Shown: positions 41,776 through 52,085, counted from the stretch's first letter. The stretch: DNA of 64,000 nucleotides from an uncultured Alphaproteobacteria bacterium (GCA_944392315.1 CALXWH010000003.1:22909-86908); one strand, 5' to 3'. Notes: generated by a model not told the origin, from the sequence alone. Numbers and translations: made by a program.

Positions 41776-42536
41776 CACAGGATATTATTACAGTCAAAAA
41801 CCTTAGGGTTGCTTACGGTGATTTCATCTTATTTGATAATATCAATTTTTCCGTGCGAGAAAAAGATATTTTTATCATTATGGGGGCGAGCGGCTGCGGT
41901 AAGAGCAGTATGCTCCGCGTATTAACGGGATTGGTTACGCCGGTGCAAGGTGAAGTCTTAATTAACGGGCAAGACTTTTCCGGCGCCGATAACTTAAAAC
42001 AAACAGAAATTATGAAAAGTTGCGGCGTGCTCTATCAAAGTGGGGCTCTATTCTCCTCTATGACTTTAAAAGAAAATGTGGCGATGCCGTTGGAGCTCTA
42101 TACAAACTATTCAAAAAAAGAAATTGATGAGCTGGCATCGTATAAATTAGCTCTCACTGGTTTGTACGGTTTTGAGGATTTTTATCCTTCAGAAATTTCC
42201 GGCGGTATGAAAAAAAGAGCGGCCCTTTCCAGAGCTCTGGCACTTGATCCTAAAATTGTCTATTGTGATGAACCTTCAGCGGGGCTTGATCCTATCAGTT
42301 CTAAGCGCTTGGATGATTTAATTTTGGAACTTAATCATAATTTGGGGACGACGTTTGTGGTGGTTACACACGAATTGCAATCTATTTTTGCTATCGGAAA
42401 TAATTCTATCTTTCTTGACGGGAAAGTTAAAAATATTACCGGAAGAGGTAATCCGATGCAAATGTTACAAACGCCGCCTAACCCCGAAATTCTTGAATTT
42501 TTAACAAGAGGTGTAGAAAATGGTCAAACAGCCTAA
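41772..42536 (+). CDS. mlaF: MlaF-family ABC ATPase
   Basis: GASGCGKS, QSGALFSS, ISGGMKKR, DEPSAGLDP. Confidence 0.9.
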   Translation: MTQDIITVKNLRVAYGDFILFDNINFSVREKDIFIIMGASGCGKSSMLRVLTGLVTPVQGEVLINGQDFSGADNLKQTEIMKSCGVLYQSGALFSSMTLKENVAMPLELYTNYSKKEIDELASYKLALTGLYGFEDFYPSEISGGMKKRAALSRALALDPKIVYCDEPSAGLDPISSKRLDDLILELNHNLGTTFVVVTHELQSIFAIGNNSIFLDGKVKNITGRGNPMQMLQTPPNPEILEFLTRGVENGQTA

Positions 42537-43359
42537 TTTGAAAATGATTGGTCTTTTTGTCAGCATTGGGCTTTTATCGCTCTTTTTGATGTTGGCTTAT
42601 TTTTTGAAATCTAAATTTTCCGATAACGAATCTATTGTGGTGATGTATTTTGACGAATCGGTTAAAGGGCTTGATGTCGGCGCACCGGTTTTGTTTAAGG
42701 GCGTGAAAATCGGGGAAGTAACCGAGGTTCGTTTGCAGGCTAATTTGCAAACCATGCAGTTTCTTATCCCTGTTTATGCCAAAATCTATAACGGCAAATC
42801 TTTTGTTACGGATAGCCGTGATGAAAGAGCTAAATTGAATAAATTTATTCAAGACGGTCTCCGTGCTCGCTTGGCCATTAACTCGGTTATTACGGGGCAG
42901 CTTTTGGTTGAATTGGATTTGTTCCCTAAATCTAAAATTATTCTTCATAACGAGGCAAAAAACGAATTTGAAATTCCTACTATCGGCTCGCCTTTTGCCG
43001 AGATTTCCAAGAGTATACAAGTTATGCCGATTACACAGATTGCCGATGATGTTCATAATATCACGCAGACACTTGATAAAGAATTGCCGCCTTTGTTGAC
43101 AAAGATGAATTCTACTTTGGATACCGTTGATTATATCTTGAAAGAAAATAAGAATAATACAACCAAAATGGTGGCTGAGTTTGGTACGGCAGCGCAAAAT
43201 GTCGGTGGTGCTGCTAAATCTTTGGATTTAATGATGAGTGAAAACGCAGTGGAAATTTCTGCCATGATTGAGACTTTAACGGCAGCTGCAAACTCGCTTA
43301 AAAATTTAACTGACTATTTGCAAATGTACCCCAGTGCCATTATTACCGGAAAGGAATAA
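42520..43359 (+). CDS. mlaD: MCE/MlaD family protein
   Basis: SVKGLDVGAPVLFKGVKIGEV MCE motif followed by a helical tail. Confidence 0.88.
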   Translation: MVKQPNLKMIGLFVSIGLLSLFLMLAYFLKSKFSDNESIVVMYFDESVKGLDVGAPVLFKGVKIGEVTEVRLQANLQTMQFLIPVYAKIYNGKSFVTDSRDERAKLNKFIQDGLRARLAINSVITGQLLVELDLFPKSKIILHNEAKNEFEIPTIGSPFAEISKSIQVMPITQIADDVHNITQTLDKELPPLLTKMNSTLDTVDYILKENKNNTTKMVAEFGTAAQNVGGAAKSLDLMMSENAVEISAMIETLTAAANSLKNLTDYLQMYPSAIITGKE

Positions 43360-43363
43360 TAAA

Positions 43364-43927
43364 ATGAAAAAATTTTGGATGCTTTTATTGATTTTTACGA
43401 TTTCTGCCTGCAGCAGTCGGAACCCGAATTTTTATCAACCTATAGCGATGAACGAAACGCAGCAGGTTTATCCGGATTTCAAACAAAATATTTTGGTAGA
43501 CAATGTTTTGTTGCCGGCGGTACAAGCTAAACCGCAAATTACCACTTTGGGTGATGAAAACTATGAACTCAAAATTGATGAATTTAATCGCTGGGGGGCT
43601 AATCCAGATAAACTTATTCAGCAAGTTATTAATGATGATTTAAGCCTTATCTTTCCTAATGCCTTGGTTGAAAACAAAACAACCTTGCGCAAAAACTATA
43701 AATATGCCGTGTGGATAGAAATTCAAAAAATGAGCGGGCGGCTTGATGAAGATGCAACGTTGCAGGCCTCTTATTTTATTAAAAACAAGACTGGGCGCAT
43801 TATCAAGCAAGGGCAGTTTAAGAAAACTATTCAAATTGATGGTGATTATGAGGCCTATATTCCTGCACAAAGCAAGCTGTTCAGCCTTTTAGCAGGAACC
43901 ATTGCCGATGATTTGATTAAACTTTAA
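43364..43927 (+). CDS. PqiC-like ABC-transport auxiliary lipoprotein
   Basis: Lipobox ISAC, RW motif, last gene of the MCE operon. Confidence 0.75.
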   Translation: MKKFWMLLLIFTISACSSRNPNFYQPIAMNETQQVYPDFKQNILVDNVLLPAVQAKPQITTLGDENYELKIDEFNRWGANPDKLIQQVINDDLSLIFPNALVENKTTLRKNYKYAVWIEIQKMSGRLDEDATLQASYFIKNKTGRIIKQGQFKKTIQIDGDYEAYIPAQSKLFSLLAGTIADDLIKL

Positions 43928-43945
43928 TCTAATTCTTTTCCTACG

Positions 43946-43982
43946 AAATCCAATCAAATATTTGTGTTTGATTGGATTTTTT
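43946..43982 (+). terminator. MCE operon terminator
   Basis: AAATCCAATCAAA...TTTGATTGGATTTTTT. Confidence 0.75.
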
Positions 43983-44013
43983 TAGGCTTTTTTGATTTAT
44001 TCTTAAAAAATAT

Positions 44014-44041
44014 TTGACAAAAAAATATTTTGGCCTATGCT
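44014..44041 (+). promoter_or_regulatory. Sigma70-type promoter of solo gene
   Basis: TTGACA-16-TATGCT. Confidence 0.65.
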
Positions 44042-44073
44042 TGTTTTTGTACTTTTATTAAAAACATATATTT

Positions 44074-44760
44074 ATGGACGAAAAAATTGTAAAGACCGTT
44101 ATGTGGTCTGATGCTAAGGTGCTTTTATCAGCCCTTGCCAGTAAAAATTTAGGTAGAGCCAATAATAAAAAGCCTGCCGATTTTTGTGAGTTTGTTGTTT
44201 CTTATCCGACGGTTACCAGAAGGCGGATGGTTGAGTTTCTGGAAAATGTTGTCTTAAACAATCAACTCAGTGATGTTACTTCTATGGCAACCACAGCCGA
44301 AGACAGTTGTTTGTTTTCCGCTGAACACGCAACAGCCATTGAAGTTATGCTCAGACACCTGAATAAACTTAACACCGGTGGAAAATTACAGTCTCTCTGG
44401 GCTTTTTTGGACGATGATAAAAAAGCTATTATCCATTTCATCAATAAAGGGGGATGGTATGCGGAGGCTTTTTTCTGCAGTCCGGAAGAGTTTTCGGTCG
44501 TTCACTTGATGACGTCATCTCGGGGAGAAAAATTTTTTATCCCGGTGGCCTTCGTCAGGGATTTAAGCAAATTGGCAGCTAAAGTCAGTTTGACCGGAAA
44601 TTTCTGTTTGCAAGATTATTTGCCGCGGACTAAATTTGATTTTCTTTCTAAAGGAGGGAAAAAAGGTAAATCCGAAAAAAACGGTAAAAACGGCAAACAG
44701 CATACTGAGAAAAAAGAAAATCCTCATCGTCAATTTCGTGATGGCTGGGATGGACTTTGA
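44074..44760 (+). CDS. Hypothetical protein with Lys/Gly-rich C-terminal tail (solo gene)
   Basis: 228-aa ORF with own promoter and a structured 3' region. Confidence 0.65.
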   Translation: MDEKIVKTVMWSDAKVLLSALASKNLGRANNKKPADFCEFVVSYPTVTRRRMVEFLENVVLNNQLSDVTSMATTAEDSCLFSAEHATAIEVMLRHLNKLNTGGKLQSLWAFLDDDKKAIIHFINKGGWYAEAFFCSPEEFSVVHLMTSSRGEKFFIPVAFVRDLSKLAAKVSLTGNFCLQDYLPRTKFDFLSKGGKKGKSEKNGKNGKQHTEKKENPHRQFRDGWDGL

Positions 44761-44778
44761 GTTTTTGAGTTTATAATT

Positions 44779-44908
44779 GCAACTTGAAATTTGTTTATAG
44801 CAAATTTTGTTTTGTATGTTGCCGTGGGGAATTGTCGTGAGACAGGTATCCCCACTTTATTGAGTTACTTACCTTGGGAGGACTTCGTTGAGAAACGAAG
44901 TTCTTTTT
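44779..44908 (+). ncRNA. Candidate structured 3' RNA (three hairpins, GUGA and GAGA tetraloops, last one terminator-like)
   Basis: GCAAC/GTTGC, GTGGGGA..TGTC-GTGA-GACA..TCCCCAC, GGACTTCGTT-GAGA-AACGAAGTTC+T tract. Confidence 0.4.
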
Positions 44909-44956
44909 TATGTAAAAAAGACAGCCTGAATACAAACTCAGACTGTCTTAATTTTC

Positions 44957-45778
44957 TTAAAGCCAAAAGCATGGAATAACTTTTATATCCCTGTCAATGT
45001 ACACAGAACCTTGAAAGCAACCTCCGTCTTTTTGCATACATATACCTTCCAGAGAGCGGCCGTTCCAATGTGACATGGGAAATGTCCCTACTCCGTACCA
45101 TAGACCTAAAAGCGGAGTAACCATCTCATTTGCAGATCTAGCCGCTTTCATCTCTGCCGATGATATCATAAAGCAATCATTCGGATTAAGACCATTTTTA
45201 GCATAATTGGTAATATACTCCCAAACTTCTGTCTTTATTCCTTTTAACCGAAACGCTTTATATATTGCTTGGGTATTCGCATAGCCGTCAGGAAAAACCT
45301 CAATAGCATCCGGAAGATGTTTATCCAAACTTAAATAAATGAGTTTCATTTCCACAAAATCTGGGACACAACACAAAGCCCGATAACCTATCGGTGCGTT
45401 TTTATCCGGATTTACCCACAAAATATATCCGCTTAATTCTGCTGTAGAAAAACCATTGCGTATGCATATCCCTCCGTTATTATAAACTTTTCCGCCACAT
45501 TCGGCTTTTGCTATTTGTTCCGGCATTACCTTCTTTGCCAGCTCAATAATCGGTGCGGATGATTGCGGCATTTTAATCGGTTGGGGCTTTTTCACAGATG
45601 ATTCCGTCAATGATTTTTCTTGCAAGTTATCAGCCTCAAAGGGGTGCTTTACCGTTGCTATGGCATTTAAACTACCATTAACGAATTTACGCCCGTAGCT
45701 TCCATCTTTGAATAGATAAAACGGATAGCCGATTTCTTGTCCGATGGCATTTAATTGGCTTAAATTTAATTTTTCCAT
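44957..45778 (-). CDS. Hypothetical protein, weak DUF1566/C-type-lectin-like pattern (solo gene)
   Basis: GYILWVNPD, DGYANTQAI, terminal VIPCFWL; perfect TTGACA-16-TATAAT promoter. Confidence 0.55.
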   Translation of the reverse strand: MEKLNLSQLNAIGQEIGYPFYLFKDGSYGRKFVNGSLNAIATVKHPFEADNLQEKSLTESSVKKPQPIKMPQSSAPIIELAKKVMPEQIAKAECGGKVYNNGGICIRNGFSTAELSGYILWVNPDKNAPIGYRALCCVPDFVEMKLIYLSLDKHLPDAIEVFPDGYANTQAIYKAFRLKGIKTEVWEYITNYAKNGLNPNDCFMISSAEMKAARSANEMVTPLLGLWYGVGTFPMSHWNGRSLEGICMQKDGGCFQGSVYIDRDIKVIPCFWL

Positions 45779-45823
45779 AATTGTTGATTTTAATAGTTTT
45801 GATAATAATTTTCTTTGGGTGTG

Positions 45824-45851
45824 ATTATATGGGGTTATCCTCAATTGTCAA
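45824..45851 (-). promoter_or_regulatory. Consensus sigma70 promoter
   Basis: TTGACA(45851-45846)-16-TATAAT(45829-45824). Confidence 0.75.
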
Positions 45852-45945
45852 TCTCTTCTGCTTACCTTTTTTTGTGGGAAAAAGGGTTTTATGGTTGCAA
45901 GTTTTCTCTTTGCGTTTATGGTGTAAGAAATAAGGAGTTTTTCTG

Positions 45946-47205
45946 ATGATTTTTTCAAAATTTGAGAATATGGTCGCGGGCAGATATTTGCGCGCCAAAC
46001 GCAAAGAAGGTTTTATTTCGGTTATTACTTCTTTTGCTTTTATCGGTATTGCTTTGGGTGTGGCAACGCTTATTATCGTTACCTCGGTTATGAACGGTTT
46101 TAAATCCGAATTACTTGGGCGCATCCTAGGAATTAACGGGCATATCAGCATTGTTGCCATTCGTAATATGCCGTTTAATAACTATCAAGAGGCCGTCAAA
46201 CTTTTAGAAGATAAAATCCCCGGCGTTAATATCGCTATTCCGATGGTAGAAAAGCAATTACTCGCAACTGCAGGAAATTCTGCCGAGGGTGTTATGGTGC
46301 GCGGTATCAATGCTGATGATATTCAAAAGAAGCAAGTACTACGTGACGGTTTTAAAGATTTTGATTTGAAGTTATTTAAGGGTGATACGATTGTTTTGGG
46401 GCAACGTTTGGCCAATAAACTCGGTGTTATGGAGGGCGATGAGGTTACCCTGCTCTCTCCCAGCGGAAAAATCACGATGTTTGGTACTGTGCCGAGGATG
46501 AAAACTTATCGTGTCGCCGGAACTTTCAATTTCGGTATGTATGAATATGATGCCAATTTTATCTTTATGCCGCTTGAAGCTGCGCAAAAATTCTTTTCTT
46601 TAGGCAACGGTGTTACCGGTATTGACGTTACGCTTCGTGATGATGCCGATGTAGATTATACGCGTCAGATTATTGCGGCGGCCATAGAATCTTCCGGCAA
46701 TAAGGCGTTTGTTTACGATTACAGACAAACAAACTCGGCGTTCTTTAATGCCGTTGATGTGGAAAGAAACGTTATGTTTATTGTGTTGACGTTGATTATT
46801 TTGGTGGCCGCGTTTAATATTATTACCGGTTTGATTATGCTCGTTAAAGATAAAGGGCGGGATATTGCTGTTTTGCGGACAATGGGCGCAACGAAAGGTG
46901 CTATTATGCGGATTTTCTTCCTTGATGGCGCATTTATCGGTGTGGTCGGAACAATGCTCGGCGTCATCTTGGCTTTGCTCTTCTGCGATAATATTGAAAA
47001 TATCAGACAGTTTTTGCAATCTATTTCCGGACGGGATTTATTTGCCGCAGAAATCTATTTCTTATCTCAACTGCCGGCAAAAGTTGAATTGCCTGTTGTC
47101 TTAACCGTTGCCGGTATTTCTCTGTTGCTTTCGTTCTTGGCAACTCTCTATCCGGCTTATCGTGCCGCTAAAATGGACCCTGTGGAGGCTTTGCGCTATG
47201 AATAA
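45946..47205 (+). CDS. lolE: Lipoprotein-releasing ABC permease LolC/E
   Basis: [46 protein letters not shown]. Confidence 0.92.
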   Translation: MIFSKFENMVAGRYLRAKRKEGFISVITSFAFIGIALGVATLIIVTSVMNGFKSELLGRILGINGHISIVAIRNMPFNNYQEAVKLLEDKIPGVNIAIPMVEKQLLATAGNSAEGVMVRGINADDIQKKQVLRDGFKDFDLKLFKGDTIVLGQRLANKLGVMEGDEVTLLSPSGKITMFGTVPRMKTYRVAGTFNFGMYEYDANFIFMPLEAAQKFFSLGNGVTGIDVTLRDDADVDYTRQIIAAAIESSGNKAFVYDYRQTNSAFFNAVDVERNVMFIVLTLIILVAAFNIITGLIMLVKDKGRDIAVLRTMGATKGAIMRIFFLDGAFIGVVGTMLGVILALLFCDNIENIRQFLQSISGRDLFAAEIYFLSQLPAKVELPVVLTVAGISLLLSFLATLYPAYRAAKMDPVEALRYE

Positions 47206-47935
47206 TGATATCAACGATAATGCTCCTATTTTACAACTGAGTGATGTTGTTAAAAATTATAAACAAGGAAAGCAAACGTTGGAGGTGCTTTCCGGTGTGG
47301 ATTTAACTATTCATAGCGGCGAAATTATTGCTTTGGTCGGACAAAGCGGTTCGGGTAAATCTACTTTGTTGCAAATTGCCGGTCTTTTAGATAGACCTTC
47401 TGGCGGACGGGTTTTTATTAACGGAGAAAATATCGGTAAAGTTTCTGATGACGTGCGCACATCGCTTCGGCGTGATTATATCGGTTTTGTTTATCAATAT
47501 CATAACCTTTTGGGGGACTTTTCTGCACTTGAAAACGTTATGATGCCGATGCTTATTGCCGGTAAATCTCCTAAAGATGCGGCTGACAGAGCAACGTTTT
47601 TGCTTGATAAATTAAAACTTTCTCATCGCTTAAAACATCGTCCGGCAGAGCTTTCGGGCGGTGAACAGCAACGTGTGGCTATTGCCAGAGCTTTGGCTAA
47701 TTCGCCAAAATTGCTCCTTGCCGATGAACCGACAGGTAACCTTGATCCGAATACCTCCGAAGAAGTTTTCTCGGCTCTGCTCAATATTATCAAAGAAACC
47801 GGATTAGCGGCTTTGATTGCGACGCACAATATGGAATTGGCTGCGCGGATGAATAAACAATTTAAGCTTAAAGACGGGGTTTTGGAAAATATGAATGAGC
47901 CGCTCTTTACAAAGGTTCGGAAAAATTTTTATTAG
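47198..47935 (+). CDS. lolD: Lipoprotein-releasing ABC ATPase LolD
   Basis: [39 protein letters not shown]. Confidence 0.92.
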   Translation: MNNDINDNAPILQLSDVVKNYKQGKQTLEVLSGVDLTIHSGEIIALVGQSGSGKSTLLQIAGLLDRPSGGRVFINGENIGKVSDDVRTSLRRDYIGFVYQYHNLLGDFSALENVMMPMLIAGKSPKDAADRATFLLDKLKLSHRLKHRPAELSGGEQQRVAIARALANSPKLLLADEPTGNLDPNTSEEVFSALLNIIKETGLAALIATHNMELAARMNKQFKLKDGVLENMNEPLFTKVRKNFY

Positions 47936-48002
47936 CCTTTGCCTATTTCTTATTTCAACCGCCCTATCTCTAGAAATATCGCGCGTTTCTTTAAAAAAAT
48001 GC

Positions 48003-48201
48003 TTGCAAAATTATTTTTTTGCGATATGTTAGGGGCACTTCCGAGAAAGAGGACGGTGCTTTTTTGGAGATGTGAGGTGTGGGGATATATACCCTTTTCC
48101 TTTTGTTTCCTAAGCATAACGCCCCGTTTGCGCAGATATTTATCTCAACGACAAAACTATCGGGACAATAAATTAATTAACCGTTTAAAGGATTTTATTT
48201 A
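48003..48201 (+). promoter_or_regulatory. rpsD promoter and ~165-nt structured leader
   Basis: TTGCAA-16-TATGTT, then overlapping stems at 48035-48068. Confidence 0.5.
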
Positions 48202-48816
48202 ATGAAAAGTATTGTTAACGCAAAAAAGAAAAGTAGCCGTCGTTACGGTCAAAATCTTTGGGGTGATTCTAACAGCCCTATTTTGAAGAGAAATTATGCT
48301 CCGGGTCAACATGGTCAAAAGAGAAAAAAGACAACTGACTATGGTGAGCAATTATATGCTAAACAGAGATTAAAAGTTTACTATGGTAACATTTCTGAAA
48401 AGCAATTCCACAAATATTATGAAGAAGCTATTCGTAGAAGAGGCGACGCCGCTGAAAACCTTATCGGCTTGTTGGAATCTCGTTTGGATAACTTGGTTTA
48501 TAAAGCAAAATTTGCTTCTACCGTTTTTGCTGCTCGTCAGTTTGTTAACCACGGTCACATTACCGTTAATGGTAAGAAAGTTAACATCCCTTCTTATATG
48601 GTTAAAGCCGGTGATGTTATTGAAGTTCGTGAGAAATCTAAGCAATTAGCCGTTGTTTTGACTGCTATTCAATCTCAATCTCGTGACTTCCCTTCTTATT
48701 TGGAAGTTGATGCTTCTAAATTAACAGCTAAATATTCTTTTGTTCCGAAATTTGATGACGTTCCTTACGCTGCTCAAATGGAACCAAACTTGGTTATCGA
48801 GTTCTACTCCAGATAA
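48202..48816 (+). CDS. rpsD: 30S ribosomal protein S4
   Basis: [29 protein letters not shown]. Confidence 0.98.
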   Translation: MKSIVNAKKKSSRRYGQNLWGDSNSPILKRNYAPGQHGQKRKKTTDYGEQLYAKQRLKVYYGNISEKQFHKYYEEAIRRRGDAAENLIGLLESRLDNLVYKAKFASTVFAARQFVNHGHITVNGKKVNIPSYMVKAGDVIEVREKSKQLAVVLTAIQSQSRDFPSYLEVDASKLTAKYSFVPKFDDVPYAAQMEPNLVIEFYSR

Positions 48817-48865
48817 TAGCTGTTATATGGCGGTTTTCTTCTGGAGAATCGCAACAGAATATCAC

Positions 48866-48896
48866 AAAAAAGCAGAGTTTCGGCTCTGCTTTTTTT
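48866..48896 (+). terminator. rpsD terminator
   Basis: AAAAAAGCAGAGT-TTCG-GCTCTGCTTTTTT. Confidence 0.8.
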
Positions 48897-49041
48897 GTAA
48901 CAAGAGCGCTATTGGCTAGGCCGGTGGGGCTCTTTTTTTGCTTTTCTGCCTCTGTCATGCCCTTTCTATTGACAAAAAAATATTTTCCATTATCCTTTTG
49001 GCAATTAAATATTATTATTCACTTTTTTAAATTATCAACTT

Positions 49042-50109
49042 ATGGAAAATTATTTTAAATCTGCTGAACAAACACAAAGTGTGTTGGAAGCGCTGAAATG
49101 TTATTGGGACTTTTTTGGTGAAAGAAGCATTGATGAAGAAGATGATGATTTGACATTTTTTTCAAATGGTTTCTTTAGCCTTGTTAATCCCCAAAACTAT
49201 CATCGGCAAATCTATGACAATCGTTGCCAGTTGTTTGCACCTGAGGTCATTGATTTTCATGTTTTTGAAAATGGATACTATGCTCTCTCTGTGGTTAAAA
49301 ATAATTCTTATCAATTTTTTAATCCTCAGGGGGAAAGTATTGCCTGCTTTGATGATGTTATCTTTTGCGGGCAATATCGGCATTTTGTCGTCAAAAAAGA
49401 TGATAAACTCTATGTCTTGTCGGTGGATGATTTATCTCAAAGCCACGTTATCGGCTCTGCTCATGACATCGCCGATTTTTGGGATGCCGATGATGGGAAA
49501 ATGGCCATTGAGAGAGATAATCAAATTATCTTGTATGACAAAGATTTCTGTGTCATACATCTTTTGCAGGATATAGTGGACGTTTCTTTCTTCACCGGAG
49601 GAAATTTTATCACTTGGACAAAGAAAAAGGGGGTTCTCTTTGATACAAACTTAGTTCCCCTATTGGATGATCTGGATGTTAATTATCATTGGGCGACGCT
49701 TAAAAATATGTGTCGGAATATGGATGCGACATACGATTGTCTGACGGCAAAACCTATTGCCAAATATTACACTCTTACCGGAGTTCCTAATTGCGCATAT
49801 TACATATCCGGTACAGGTAATGTTTGTTTGCGCTTAGGCAACGGGGAGCAAATTGAATTTCAAGAAACCGATCGTTCATTCATTATTGCCAAGCAATTCG
49901 TCGGTATCATCCGTCAAAATCGTTTGGTGATTCTGGCTCTTGAGATTCCACTGCAGCAGCAAAGGATGCTTTTTGATACCTTTATTCGAGAAGTCTCCGG
50001 AGAGGATATTTCTGAAGCCTTGTTTGACTATGGGCAGAAATTTGTGGCGTTTGCTCAAGGTGCCAGATTGAATAAGCGTGAAACTTTGCGCTATTTATTA
50101 TCGCACTAA
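49042..50109 (+). CDS. Hypothetical beta-repeat/propeller-like protein (solo gene)
   Basis: FSNGFF and FENGYY repeats; TTGACA-16-TATCCT promoter; terminator 50134-50160. Confidence 0.65.
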   Translation: MENYFKSAEQTQSVLEALKCYWDFFGERSIDEEDDDLTFFSNGFFSLVNPQNYHRQIYDNRCQLFAPEVIDFHVFENGYYALSVVKNNSYQFFNPQGESIACFDDVIFCGQYRHFVVKKDDKLYVLSVDDLSQSHVIGSAHDIADFWDADDGKMAIERDNQIILYDKDFCVIHLLQDIVDVSFFTGGNFITWTKKKGVLFDTNLVPLLDDLDVNYHWATLKNMCRNMDATYDCLTAKPIAKYYTLTGVPNCAYYISGTGNVCLRLGNGEQIEFQETDRSFIIAKQFVGIIRQNRLVILALEIPLQQQRMLFDTFIREVSGEDISEALFDYGQKFVAFAQGARLNKRETLRYLLSH

Positions 50110-50133
50110 CCGCTGTTTTTATCTCTTTTATTA

Positions 50134-50160
50134 CAGCCCTCTTCGGAGGGCTTTTTTTTA
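50134..50160 (+). terminator. Intrinsic terminator
   Basis: AGCCCTC-TTCG-GAGGGCTTTTTT. Confidence 0.8.
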
Positions 50161-50239
50161 TTTTTCTTTTTATCCCCTCTTTACTCTTTATTCTTCTTGG
50201 GTTATAATTAAATTAGGAATAACAGCTTATAGGTATTTT

Positions 50240-51133
50240 ATGTTTATTTTATTTATTGCTTTACTTGCTCCGCTATTCACTTCTTTTGCTAATATCATTG
50301 AGTGCAAACTTTCTAATAATAATTTTAAGCACCCTCTCACGATGATTTTTTACATTTCTTTGATGAACTGCGTCTTTTTGCCGCTGTTGCTCTTTTTTGG
50401 TATGCCGACGTTGCCGACGCTTAGTGTCTTGCCTTTTTATCTTGTCTTAGCCGTTATTGATGTTGTTTATCTCTATCCTTATTACAAAGCTATGAAGGTT
50501 ATTGACACCTCTATCGTATCTGCTCTATTCTCTTTGGGGCAAATCACTATCCCGATTATGACGTATCTCTTTTTGGATGAACACCTCAAACAATCGCAAT
50601 ATTTTGGTTTTGTCATTATCATTCTTGCCTCTATTGTTTTGAGCATCAACGACTTTAAAATGCCTAAACTTAATCGCGCCTTTTACTATATGGTCTTTGT
50701 TTCGTTTTTGAGAGCGTTTTATGTGGTTATTCAAAAATGTGCTTTTCAGTATGATGACAGTTGGATCAATATGATGATTTACGTCAATACACTTTCCGGC
50801 CTTTTACCCTTTTTACTCTTTTTCCATAAGCCTTCAGCAGAACGTATCAAAAAAGCTTTTAACTCTTATCGCAAACGAACCAAAATTTTTTGCTTAAATG
50901 AACTTCTTTGCTTTTTAGGTGGAGCGGCTTTTATTTTTGCATTATCTCATATGTCTGCCGTGACACTTTCTGCAATCAACGCTACGGCGCCAATCTTTAT
51001 GCTCTTTATCAGCATTACCTTAAAAAAGATTTTTGACATTAGAGTCAAAGAAACCATCTCTCCACGCATTATGGTGAAAAAGATGGTCTGCTTTGTCGTT
51101 ATCGTTATTGGCGTTGTTTTAGTCGCTTTATAA
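50240..51133 (+). CDS. EamA/DMT family transporter
   Basis: About 10 TM helices in two repeats, YLFLDEHL motif. Confidence 0.8.
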   Translation: MFILFIALLAPLFTSFANIIECKLSNNNFKHPLTMIFYISLMNCVFLPLLLFFGMPTLPTLSVLPFYLVLAVIDVVYLYPYYKAMKVIDTSIVSALFSLGQITIPIMTYLFLDEHLKQSQYFGFVIIILASIVLSINDFKMPKLNRAFYYMVFVSFLRAFYVVIQKCAFQYDDSWINMMIYVNTLSGLLPFLLFFHKPSAERIKKAFNSYRKRTKIFCLNELLCFLGGAAFIFALSHMSAVTLSAINATAPIFMLFISITLKKIFDIRVKETISPRIMVKKMVCFVVIVIGVVLVAL

Positions 51134-52085
51134 TTTTTACAACTCTTTTGACTGCTTTTGTATATTTCATCGTCATTTGAGGATGGGCTTGTTTATACAT
51201 CTTTGCTTTTTGAGCAATGTAATCATACAAATGCTGCATTTTTTTATTTCCTTTAGCAGCCAAATCTTCAGGATGGCCTTGAACGCATAAAATCCCTGCG
51301 GCTTCATTACCCCATATTTCCGGTATACCGTCCGAATCTGATACGGCATATAGGTCCATTTTAACTAGCGGCGTGCCTTCCACATAATCTTGCAAAGCCG
51401 GATGAACCATGGCCTGGTTGTGACGCGAATTTATCATAATCTTATCTTCATTCGCATCTAACCCCATAATATCAAATATCGGTGTTCCTTTGATTAACTT
51501 CAATCCATGAATACGTACGTCGGTTTCAGCTTTTGGCTTATGAACTGTCTTTTTTGACACTTCTTTTTCTAAGCTACGGTACATTTTCATATTCCCCAAT
51601 AGAGCCCCTATCATCTGCGCACCGGCACAAATACCCAGCATCGGTTTATGATGACGGTAGGCTTCGGTTATCGCTGCTTTATATGCAAAAAAGCGTTTGC
51701 CTTCTTTACCCCCCATATCTTTTCCGTCTATGAAGAAATCTTCCGGATTATCAAAGGCTCCTCCCGGCAAAATGACGCCATCGCAATCTTTCATCTGTTG
51801 ATAGGTGTTTTCATAATCCAAAAACTTTATTTCCGCACCTGTTGACAACGCCGCTTGCGCATAGGTCAATCCGATGGTGTAATATTCTTCGCCATTATCG
51901 CCTTTATCTTGCCCCAATAAAAATCCTACTGTCGGGCGGTTTGAACTTTTATCTTCATATAACTCTTTATGAAAGCGAATATCGGCCGCGATACCTTGTG
52001 CCTTTAATTCTTCTATCTCTTTTTTGGGAATGCCGAAACTCTTAAACTCTTCCAAATACTCCAGATATATTTTTTTAGTTTTCAT
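51105..52085 (-). CDS. Peptidase C26 / gamma-glutamyl-GABA hydrolase family glutamine amidotransferase
   Basis: DGVILPGG, LGICAGAQ, NSRHNQA, VQGHPE. Confidence 0.85.
   Translation of the reverse strand: MKTKKIYLEYLEEFKSFGIPKKEIEELKAQGIAADIRFHKELYEDKSSNRPTVGFLLGQDKGDNGEEYYTIGLTYAQAALSTGAEIKFLDYENTYQQMKDCDGVILPGGAFDNPEDFFIDGKDMGGKEGKRFFAYKAAITEAYRHHKPMLGICAGAQMIGALLGNMKMYRSLEKEVSKKTVHKPKAETDVRIHGLKLIKGTPIFDIMGLDANEDKIMINSRHNQAMVHPALQDYVEGTPLVKMDLYAVSDSDGIPEIWGNEAAGILCVQGHPEDLAAKGNKKMQHLYDYIAQKAKMYKQAHPQMTMKYTKAVKRVVKIIKRLKQRQ

Noticed and set aside
44957-45100. DGR variable region
   Set aside because: No template repeat, avd or reverse transcriptase in the window
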